Origin: Phoronis australis
Lineage: Eukaryota; Animalia; Phoronida
Direction: 5' to 3'
Assembly: GCA_002633005.1 (NCBI GenBank)
Contig: NMRA01000650.1
Location: 20,850 to 84,849, forward strand
DNA: 64,000 bases
Position numbers and translations under genes: made by a program
Notes under the pieces: generated by a model
Databases searched by the model: none
Seen by the model: the letters and a program-made list of their open reading frames with translations, nothing else
What the model was told of the DNA's origin: nothing
Part shown: piece by piece, positions 41,301-53,600 of the stretch
Numbering within the stretch: position 1 is the first letter of the stretch
How the letters are laid out: every line of letters starts with the position of its first letter

Positions 41301-44300
41301 GCGCATTCTGTTACACGTCTTTGTGCTACGTTCATTATGGCATTATAGGCAAAGTAAAGAACTTTTACAGAGCACTTGAAAATAGAAATGACCCATCCTA
41401 TACAGCCGTGGCCTTTAGTTTGAGTAAATGGACATACAGTACAATAAGGTCATGGCCTTGTATTCCGGGGATTACGATACATGAATGTTTACGGAAACAT
41501 TGACAATCCGTACGAGTTGCAGACATTAGACATACTCTGTGAAGTGGACCAATAGGCTAAATAGTATTGGAGTTTTTAACAAATGTATTGAATATGCCCT
41601 TAATTAGAAACTAAACGCTCGGCTTGGTTTCCGGGAGTTGTACATGTACGTGACTAATCGATTGCTACCGGTACTCAGTCGTGCATGTCCAATGGTGGTC
41701 GGCGACATGGAATATTCCGAGAAGAAAGATGCTGGTGTGGCAACTGCTAATTAAATACACGTTGATCAGAAAATTATTACTGAACATGTAAGCAGGATAA
41801 ATGAGAATCGTTTCACTTTGGTTCCTGGTAATTAACCGTATTGTTATGTTTGATTGTCCTTGTGGGTTTACTTTCCAAATCTTCACTGAAGGTGTTGTTT
41901 TTGACGCTCTGTTGACCAAGCGAAAAATCACTTTGTTCACTAAGTTCGTGGGAAGTGATGAATTATAACTAGTTCGTTTTTATTTCGGTTTAAGATATGT
42001 CAATGTTCGTTTACACTTTGCCTGAAATTGCTAAAGCATTGCCACTTACTCAACCCTGTCCAGTTACATTGTATACATGTATATAAGTATCTCGTTTCGT
42101 ACTCGTATTTGTTTATTTAAGCCTGTTTTATTTGATGTAGACTGGCGACACACCACTGCACCGTGCTTGTGAATATGGCCACCTGGATGTTGTGAAACTC
42201 CTCATTGAAGAGGATGGTGATGTCACAGTTGTCAACCAGGTAAACATGAATGTAAATGGAACTGTGTGGTAAGACACACTTTTACATGAATAGTGACCAT
42301 GTCATCTAACTTTGCCATAACTTTACCTTAATAGTGAACATGTCATCTAACTTTGCCATCACTTTACCTTAATAGTGAACATGTCATCTAACTTTGCCAT
42401 CACTTTACCTTAATAGTGAACATGTCATCTAACTTTGCTATAACTTTACCTGAATAGTGAACATGTCATTTAACCTTGCTATAACTTTACCTGAATAGTG
42501 AACATGTCATTTATCCTTGCTATATCTTTCCGATGTGGTGTTATCTTCCCGTTAGTAAAGTATCAGGTTTAGTTTTATTAGTTGTATCATGTAGTTGCAA
42601 AAACTTCTAAGGCTGTAAGGATGTATTTCATCATTTCAATGTTCATGTTTCGTTTTACACAGTGCCACGAAATATGTTGGTTCACGTCGGTTTCATTCGG
42701 ACTGTTAATTTTGTGCTATGCACTGTTTTTAATGTTCCTTCGCACAAGCAACATCAGACTAATTTGTCTGATTCATTAAACACCTTAAAATTGACCGAAA
42801 CTCTCTAAAATAGTAACCTTTAAGTCACCAAATGCTTGCTGTTATTTGTGCCTCGTTTTTTTAAAGTAAATATAGTTTTGTGTGCGAGTCTCTACATGTG
42901 TCGGTGAAGTTGGGTTTACTTTTAAATATGATATACATCTGGTGAAACAGTCTTGATCAGAGGCATTACTTGGGAGTGTCAGGACAAGAAATACATCCAT
43001 CATTGTCGCGGAAGTGTTGATAGAAATTGGTGCCCTTTATCTTGACTGATTCTCCTAGTTGTCTGTGACCGCAATTTATGAGAGATGTGTAAATTGAAAA
43101 TCAAAATACTGAGTTAACTCCGCCACTCAGTTTGTCTGGCAGTGTTCATTCGTGATTCATTGGTCTACCCTGATTAATTTGTAGACAGTATGATGCAGTT
43201 ACCTCTCGGGCTGATCTACAGTAAGTCTATTTTGAGACCCCGTTGTTCTTAATCTAGCAGGGATACCCCGCCACTGAAATTGTCTGGCAGTGGATAATTT
43301 TGATACAGTAGAATTAAAATATAAAAAAGTACGCAAAAGTATGCGCATATACAAAGAAATACAACTTAATTTACTGTATGAATGAAGCATAAGACAAGAT
43401 CCTATATGACAATACTGGAGTAAGATTTTCCCCTGATGTTCTTTTTAGTTTGATAAATGCTCCACTACTCTTTATTAAAACGACTCTTTAGAGCAATTCA
43501 AATTTGTTGAACAGGCTTTCTAATCTTCTCAAAGGATGGCGACACTGTACTGCATGAAGCAGCTTGCAGTCTCGTGAATTATCGGTCAGTTGAAAAGTGT
43601 GGTTTTGCCCCTGTTGCCAATAATATAAAATAAAAAGTCGTCAGTTCTTGGCCTCAAGATTGAAAATTCAACTATGGTTGCTTTATCCTTTGATTCTGAT
43701 GTTCTCTTCAAATGAGCTATTGTCCCTTTTACCGATAGATTTCCACGACTGCCCTCCACGGAAAACATGTACTGACTATGTCAACATACATTTCAGTGGA
43801 TTTTAAGGTAGCGTGATTATATGTTAACATACTCAATTTTCTTAAGATTTGACTGTATGGCTGAAAATCCCATCTTCCCAATGTAGCTGCACGTGTTTCA
43901 GCTTGTCGCGAAATCAAAAACTTCTCCAACTTGACAAAAAGATAAACTTAGTCGAGTTTTGCCGCTGACGCCCGGCTTGCACTCAAGAAAATACCCCTGT
44001 CAACCCCTGATTGTCGTTGATATAAGCACGAACCACACTCTCACTTTTGCTCATTAATAGGACACTGTACCTGCCCAAGTAACACGAAATGCAGCCATTC
44101 ATCTTTATCCTTCCGCTTGCTGCGTTTAGGCGTATTTAGGCCATGCGCCTTGATTGTGTTTATGCGATGCAAAATGGCAAACATTGACGTACAATTAGGC
44201 AAATGGAAAGTACTGACCCTTGATGAAAAATATAATAAAAACATCCCGCTTACGAAAGGCACCTGGACCAACAAGTGCGTCTACACTGTACGTGCAAAGC

Positions 44301-47300
44301 ATTTGAACAGAATTTATTCGTTTGGCCTACATGTAAATACGCGCACATATATGAACGGCAATTGTTAAGTTAGGTGCGATGCGGAGAAACTTCGCTAACA
44401 GGGCGTACGATTGCCATTGCGGGTGTTGAATGTTGACTCCACACTGAGGTTGATCTCAGAAAATCCCTTCTCACCTTAATTTTAAACAATTAAGGGGACC
44501 CAAATCCAGCTTTCCTACAAATTTTACTTACAAGCTGTTAGACAAACTTGAACGCATACCTAGATGAATTGCCGAGGTGGTCCTTAATGAAAAATGTAGA
44601 CTTCAACGAAAACCTTGCAACTAAACGTGTAGAAAAATGGAAAGAGTTGTAGCTTCTTTTAATTTGATAACTGTGTGTGAATTGAAGCAACACGGGAATG
44701 ATTCGTAACACATTGATTTGACTTATGTTTACCCATCTGAAAATATCGACGACATTCTACGATTCATGAATGACTATTTCCAATTACTTACAAATTGGAG
44801 AATAATTTGCAAACCTGAAACATTTTCAACATGCATACACATCATTATAATCCTTACGCCATCCGCATATAGCGCAAATCCACAAAACGCGCAGGACTTA
44901 CTAACCCCTGTGCCAGACAAGCAAGCGTTTTGTCAACTTGCATGAAACATTGCGAATTGGTGCTTGGACTTAAACTAATCGCGCATTTCTCCAAATTTGG
45001 TGATTGCTAGTCGCAATTGCGGTCCAGATGATAGTACACTGGAGCTAGGCTGTAACGGCACTGAAATGGTTTCCACCTCGTAATTATAGTCACTGCTTTG
45101 CACTATCTAACAAATCAAGTCTCTCGTACTTCATGGGTAGGTGACTTGGGCACTGACAAACGCTACGTCGATTAATGTTGCAGTCAAAACGCTGACGGCA
45201 TGTTGGTCTTCCCCTCATTTCTTCTCAAACTTGTTATGTCCAAAAGGGGCCACAGCCTTACCAAATCCTGTTTGTTAGTATTTGGCATCCAGTTTTTATT
45301 TCAATTCGAACATAAATATTTATTTACTTTGAAAATTTGAATAAAACGTGAAGTATGCAAGAAAGGTAATGAGATGCTTAGAAATATCCCCTGAAACCTC
45401 TGGTTCGCTAGGTACTTTAAATCAATGGAAACAGTGGATTTTGAAGTTGATCATCTAGATTTTTGAAGTTCTTTAATCATTAAATTTAAAAAATTCTTAC
45501 CTCATGTCTTGGACTCTGGCCCACGGGGTCTAATCTCTAAGTAAAGATGTACTGACTATGTCAACAGACATTTCAGTGGATTTTAAGGGGGCGTGATTAT
45601 ATGTTAACATACTCAAATTTCTTCAGATTTGACTGTATTGCTGAAAATTCCACCTTCCCAATGTAGCTGCACGTGTTTCAGCTTGTCGTTAAATCAAAAA
45701 CTTCTGCAACTTGACAAAAAGTTTAAATTAGCCGAGCTTTGCCGCTGACGCCCGGCCTGCGCTCATGAAAATACTCTCACTGTTTAAAATTATTACTCAT
45801 TGATAATACACTGTACCTGTACAACTACCATGAATGCAGCCATTCGTCTTTACCTTTCCGCTTTCTGCCTCTGCACGTATTAAGGCCCTTGAATGTATTT
45901 GGTTATGCGATGCAAATCAACAAAACGCGCAGCACGCTTGTAATTCTTTAGTTTCTGACAGATTTCAATCATCTGAGATGGATACGAGTAAATTGGAAAC
46001 GTTTCCTTAGCGAGACTTGGCGGTTCCGTAATATATTGTTAAATGTGTGTTTAATTTAAAATTCATTGTTTACTCAAAAGTACTGAAAATGTACCAATCG
46101 TGAAAAGAAAAACACTTGGCGGATGATCGATTACTAGTACATGTGGAATATTTGAGCATTCTTCTTTGAACAAACAGATTACATTACATTTTTATCATCT
46201 CGGTTTTCTTCTTGCACTTCTCTGACCCAGGGGCTTACATTTGTTTAGACGTTGTTGGATATAATGTTGCGCTTAACTTTATTTTGTTAAACTGGTAGCT
46301 GAACCAATAGTTGTAGATATCATTAAAGGCACATCGTCTCAATGCAAATGGCAGAAAATTGACTTAAAACACCACAGTAGGGTAGAGAGAGTGCTCTGTG
46401 TGAGGACGCGGATTTGTCGTTTTTCCGTGACTCGAGTTTTCTGAGTTCCGAACAAACTGCAGTGGGTCGTCAAGCGTTCTTGAGCTTTTAGTCAAACACC
46501 TTGTTAAAGGGACATTTCTTCCAAACTCACCGCTGACTTGGAAACTGACCCACAAAAATATTCTTCAACGTAGTGCCATCCGTTTTAACAATTGGGGAGA
46601 CCCTGCCAAGTCAGTTTCAATTAATCAGTTAATGGATTTAGAAAAAAAATGCCTACAGTGTATAATCTGGAGGAGGAAACTATTCCACGTGTGTTTTGTT
46701 ATTACTTCTAGCTAGGACCCACTAGCCCCCTCTGCCAGAACATCAAACAAATTTGGTGATTGCTAGTCCCCAATTGCGGGCCAGATGATAGTACACTTGA
46801 GCTACGCTGTAACGGCACTGAATTTTTTCCACCTCATAATTAGAGTCACTGCTTTGCACTATCTAACAAATCAAGTCTCTCGCACTTCATGCGAACACAA
46901 ATATTTAGTTATTTTGAAAATTTGACTAAAATGTGAAGTATGCAAGAAAGGTAATAAGATTCCCCTGAAACCCCTGGTTCGCTTGGTACTTTAAATCAGT
47001 GGAAACAGTGGATTTTGAAGTTGATCATCTAGATTTTGAAGTTCTTTAATCATTTTTTTAAAATAAAATGTAAAAAAAAATTCTTACGTTATGTCTTTCA
47101 CTCTGGCCCACGGGGTCTAATCTCTAAGTACATACTGATGCACTCAAATCTTTCACCCTGTTTATCTGGCTAAAAACGAAGTTCAAGTTGGTGGGCATTA
47201 TTGGCGTAAAATCCCAACTTATGAGATGAACAACTCGAGTTGAAGGCAATGAGTACACTAGCGCTACTCTCGAATGCGCAACTTATGGGATGACCAACTC

Positions 47301-47630
47301 GAGTTAAAGGCAACGAGTACACTTGTACTACTTTCGAGTGCACAACTTATGCGATGGTCAACTCGAGTGGAAGGCAATGAGTACACTTGCACTACTTTAG
47401 ATTGCACAACTTATGGGATGGTCAACGCCAAAGACTTGAGTCATTCTAATAAATTGCTGATTTTTTTAATACATTTACTGCCAGACATCACGTAGCCTGT
47501 CTGCGGTTGGGTGCCTCAGTTCTGGATTTGACAAAAGTGTATAATAGCGACTAATAGATATATAAGGCAATACAATGTAGCTGGAAAGGGAAGGGGAGCG
47601 GGGAAGGACATTCACGCGCCACTCACACAC

Positions 47631-47666
<36 letters not shown>

Positions 47667-50600
47667 ATATACATACACCCACACACATATGAAATAGAGT
47701 GTGTAACTCATCACAATAGGGGCACTTATCAGTATTAACCACCCCTATTTTGTATAAAAATTTTGTAAATATTCTTCTATGGGTAAAGAGGTATCTGAAT
47801 TTTTTAATTCGGGACTTATTGGGAGGCTGAAGGGTAAAAAATAAATTTCTCTAATTTCTTTTTCACTACAATTGTTACTTAACCGCACATAAGTGTCGAG
47901 TTTTTGTGCAAAAGTATGTATAGCACAATTTTTAATCCAATCTTTACTACAACTGGTATGATTAATTAAATGAAAGTTATTACAACCAATAGATCTTGGT
48001 TCTAGTTCACCAAGATGCTTCCTCAATTCACTAACAACAACATTGTATTGCAATATACTAAAATTCTTGAGATTGTATTTATTTTTGTTAAAATCCCAAC
48101 TAAGAATTTTATTTTTATTATCTAGAAAATCTTCAGAAAATAACAGTCCCGCTTCAACCATTTCCCGACAAAATACGGACTTATTGCTGAGCAAAATATT
48201 TTGATTATTCCACAACACATTCTTAACAACTTCTATATTCAAAGGCTCTAAGCTTTACGGCACTTCAGTATCAAAGGAATTGTTAATTGACATTTTCAAA
48301 TTTCTTAAACGGAAGTTTGAGAAGAAAATAAGACCACCACCCTGTTTAGTTAAAAGAGACTTGGGATAAAATTTCCAAGTTCAATTTCCTCCTAAATTTA
48401 AACGTTTGACTCAGTTGAACATGAGGCTCTTTTTAATTACTTGCACACTAGGATATTTCAACCCTCCTTCTTCAAATGGAAGTAGTGACAGATCTCTTTA
48501 TTCTTGGTGGTTTTCCACTAGAATCTCTAATTATTTTATCTGTTTCTTTAATCCTACCTGTTGTAACTTCGATATTGGCTAAAACGTGAACCAACTTAGG
48601 CAAACCTTAAGTTTTTACAACATGAATCCTCCTCGTGGGAGTCAAATGTCTAGTTTTCCAAATATTTAATAGATCTTTTAATTTCTGAGTTTTATTGCCA
48701 TAACTTAGCTGCTCAACTTCGTTTTCATTTTGTTCAAAATATATTCCAAGACTTTTTATAGGTTTTGGTGGCCAAGAGATATTGTACATTTTTTTAGGAT
48801 AATGGGCTCCACCTCGGGCAGAAATATATAAACCTTCGCAGTTTTCAGGATTTAAATACAAGCCAGAAATGTCTCCAAATAATATTAAAAATTTAAAATA
48901 TTCTTTTCCGGAATTCTCGTCTAGAATGAGCAAAATGTTGTCGTCTGCGTACTGGCTTATTTTGATTTCATCATTATAAATTGTTAAAAAATGAAAGTAA
49001 TTGATCTTTCTGAAAAAAATGTGACATAAGTTCTGCACATAACACAACAAGGGTACTTGACAGCGGATCATCCTGTCGTAAGCATCTTTCAATGTCGCAA
49101 CACCGAGTGGTGAATCCGTTATTTAACACACAGGATGAGATTTTATTATACAAAAATTTTATTTTACTTATTACCCCATGTCCAAAATTGAAGGCTTTTA
49201 AAGTTTTGAACATATAATCCAAACTTAAGGTGTCGTATGCCTTCTTGAAATCCAGGAATATAATTTAGCCATGTAGTTTATTTTGTTTTTAATATTCCAT
49301 CAAATCCTTAAGTAATCGAATATTTTGGCCAATATACCTTTCAGGTAATGACGTCTGATCAGGGTGAATCAATTTGTCAATGTACTTATGAATTCTATTG
49401 GTAATGGTTTTTGTGATCAATTTGTAGTCACATTTTAAGAGGGTGATTGACCTCCAGGTATCTAACAACAAAAGTTCCTCACTGTTTTTGCTTTTGGGTA
49501 TAAGAGTTATGACACTTTGTCTCTGTGACGTAGACAATTCGCCCCTCTGGAAGCTAAAATTAAAACTCTCTATTAATTCATATTTAATTACCCCCCAAAA
49601 CTTTTTGTAAAACTCATATGAAATACCGTCGTTACCCGGTGTTTTGTTATATTTTGTTCCTTGGAGAACATCGAAAATTTTTGGATCATTGAAATCTTGA
49701 TCAAGTTCCAGAGACTCTTCTTCAGAAAGTTGTTTATATTTTCGGAGTGTAAGTATTGTTGGTAGGGATCCACAATTATTTTCTTCTTTGGAATACAAAT
49801 TTTTATAATACCGGATTTGTAACTCTCTTACTCCAGTAGGAGTAGTAACACTTTGGTGACCATCTTTTAACGAACGAATTTGTTTTTGTACGCAATTCCT
49901 CACTTCGAGGTTTATAAAATACTGAGAATTTTTCCCTTCCTCTGCCCATTGAACTTTGCTCCTTATAATAGAGCCTTTAATAGACACAGTTTGTAATACT
50001 TGAAATTCCGTTTTTGCCTTGTTCAAGGCTAATTTAGCTTCTTCGTCAGCCGGGTTATTTTCGACTTGACACGTCAGCATATTTCTTTTATCAATAAGAT
50101 GGAAATGTTCTTCTTTTCTTTTCGTAAATTTTGTTTTAGCGTAATCAATAGACGCTTTTCTGATATCCGTTTTTGTCAAATCCCACACAAGATTTTTTTT
50201 CGAAGTTAGCATACATTCTTCTGGACGAGTCAACACAATCAGTATTTTTTTGGTAACCGGTGTCATCAAGATAACTATTATTACGTTTCCATTTGCTGAT
50301 GATTTAGATGTCATTGTTGTTGACAGAAATGGAATCCTATCGCAGAAAGGAGTATTATGTAATTCTTTTTTAGAGTGGAAAGCCTAATTTCATTGATAAC
50401 ATCGATTCTGACTGCGGTGTTAATAGAACTTTCTCAGAACTTTCTCACCAGTAAATTACTGAACCTTTCTGAGTCATGTCATAACACAATCTAATCGCAC
50501 CATTGCAATCCAATGAAAGAGCTTCTGAAGTGTCCTCTTAAAATTCCGAAGTTGAACCGGCGTGAAACCAGCATACCATATTGAAAACAACTTGGAATGG

Positions 50601-53600
50601 TGGGTCAAATGTCACACCGTTCAGTGACTTAATGCGCTCGTACCAAAATCCAGAAAACGAAGAGTCTGTAAAATCACCGATTGAGAAACGTCAGAGAAAA
50701 TGGTCTTTATTGCTAGATGGGCCGTGAACACAAAGTCTGAATAAGGTCACACTTTTGTAAAATGATTTGCTTGTTTTGCCACTGTTCTAATGACGATAGT
50801 GATACAACGTTTCTGCTATCTTGAGTCTGAAAATATGTCATGTTGTATTTTTCATTTTCGACATTTCCGTTCATACTGCGGTCCTTATGATTTTTTCCTT
50901 CATTGGCAATTCCATTTTTAATCCATTATTAAGTAATTCTTCAGATTATTTCATAACAAGTAAGCTCTCTGTGCCTTTGTTTCGTGTAACATCAACCAAG
51001 CCTACATATCATTTTGGAACAGAAATGGACTGTTGGAATGTTGGTGGTCCTGTTAGTAGAAATTACCCCTGTGAAAGAAAACAATCCAAACAATACACTC
51101 ATCACGTGATCAAAATGTGGACCAGTGTTATCACATATTGTTTTGTAACTCAGCAAAAATAGTCTAGTCTCAGATTACGACATTAAATTACCGTGGAACA
51201 CCAAAAATATCAACAGTCCATAAATGACTCAACACGTTGCTTGAAAAGGTGTTTGTGAGCGTATTATCATAGTGAAGTAACTAACGTGAATCCTACTTTG
51301 AGTTTAGCTCGTGGGCAGTAAAACGAGTGGCGCTGTCGTCTGAAATAACGAGCGGAAATCAACAATTGATCGAACTTCAAAACCACTTGCTGGACTGCAA
51401 AACCCAGTGACCGGTGGTCCAACTAGTGGGACTCCTATACTAGATGGTTGCATCTAAGAGCGGTGTGAGTGCTTGGCAAGTCAAGAGGAGTTACATCTTT
51501 TTAAAAGTGCTTTATTGAGAGACGTGAAACATTTCTCATTGACATTTCCACAGTTCTTCTCTGTTTCAGTTCTAAAAATAAAAAACAAAATGCATAGCAA
51601 AACTCACAGATACAGACAAAATGCAAATTCGGAAATACCAAATACGAAAACACCATGAAAAATACCTCAATACTGCCGCTCCCTGGCTCTCCTCACTGAC
51701 GCCAAATATGCACTGCCACAATGTGAGTAAATCGAGTCGGCGCACAACACTTATACTGAAATGAGGGTCAGGTCACATGCAAATTACATTCAGTCTATTC
51801 AGTCATGAATATACACGTGACCATAAGCCACCAGGAGCAAACAAAGGTAAAGTATCTTACAAGCGGGTTGGCCTGACCTAAAATGGATTGGTTGGTGCTC
51901 AATTACACAACAGGCTCCACACGTTCAAAGCGAGTCTCAGGCGGTCAGGCCGTCGTGTTTGATCTCCGACCAACTAGATATAACGCTGGCCAATGTATCG
52001 GTTCCAACCAACCATTGCTTGTGTGATTTCATCATGTTTTGAAGTCCGGACAACACGTTTGATATACCGGTCATTTGGTTCTGCAGTCCAACCGAGTGTC
52101 CGGGCAAACAGTTTTGAAATCCGACCAATAGCCGGCATCCCCATGAATAAGGTTTTGGATGAAGTCATACAAAATGCAAAACAAGCATTTTTTACAGATT
52201 TTATAGTCACGATTTTGAGGCGTTGATCCAGGTGTTTCATTCTTCAAGATTCAAAAAACGTTATTTTTTGCTTTGACAGTGGACTGTGAGAAAGTGATTT
52301 GACGAAGCAAATGTGGACTTCACGAGTGATGACATTTGGCAAAAAGACACTGTACATGTATCTCACCTTGAGTGTTTCTACTTGTCGTACCTTAGAGGTG
52401 GTATAGGTTCTCCAAATGTTATTGTTCTGTAGAACTGTTTCACACCATTGAAAATATCGACTTTCCAATCGCAAAACTTCTTTACTAAGTCCCTTATGTC
52501 CAGCATGTCACAATCTCATGGGTTCAGTCTCGTTCTTGCCGTGCTTTGTTAAATACACTACATCAGTCATACGGTACATTATGTTCCGCAGCAAACCTCC
52601 ATGTAACCCAGCATCTCCACATGTACACTGTTCTGTATGTTCTGCAGCACACCCTCGTGTAACCCAGCATCACCAGTGTACACAGTATGTTCTACACCAC
52701 TCCTTCGTGTAACCCAGCCTCATCGCGTGTACAATGTACACTCTATGTTCTACAGCACTTCTTGTAACCCAGCATCACCAGTGTACGTGTACATTGTGCG
52801 TTCTACACCACTCCTTCGTGTAACCCACCACTAGGGTTCATCATCATTTTACTGTCATTCCCGTACTAACCGTGCCTTGATTAAAACATTGCACCAATCA
52901 TAGGATACATTATGTTCCATAGCAAACCTTCGTGGAACCCAGCATCACCACGGGCCATTGACGAAATATATCAAGTCGAGTCCTTCCATTTAACTGCTGC
53001 CAATAATTTCACAAAAAGCAGACAGTAGTATGTTCATGTCTACGTAAGATCAATACACATGTGAGGTCATTTGATGTGATCTTTGTCTTTCATTCAAACT
53101 TTTTGTTACAGAAAGGAGAAACCGCTTACGACGTTTGTGGACGTAAAAGCAAAGTCGACGAATCAACTGTCGAAAACATAAAGGAATTCTTAAAGGTAGA
53201 ATTCAAAAAGATTTTCGGATGATTAGTGTATAATTCTAAGATATTGTTGACGGTATTTGTGTGATAATCTTGTGGTTTTAATCATTGGAGTCTCTTTTGT
53301 GAATTTTTCACAATTTCGAATACAGCACCTAATACCGCATGGACGCAAATTTGCGGAATTTGTTATCAAAAAATGAAGCGGTAGCTGCAAATTTGGGTGT
53401 AGGCATCTCCATCGTTTTCAAAGCTTATCTGGTAATTGAAAATCCCGGCGGTCTTTCTTTAAAATGACAATCTACCACAGAGATTGGCATTTCTAATTTC
53501 AAAATAAAATAAAACACACACACACACAATGACGTACACACAAACGGCGCATTTTTTCTAATTAAATACTGTTGCTTTACGATTTGTTTGTACTGTGTAA

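Noticed and set aside
47485-50360. Reconstructing an ankyrin exon split by the L1 (HHVACLRL + LTEMESY…)
   Set aside because: The sequence at 50315-50420 still looks like L1 endonuclease remnants on the - strand, and no convincing TSD was found
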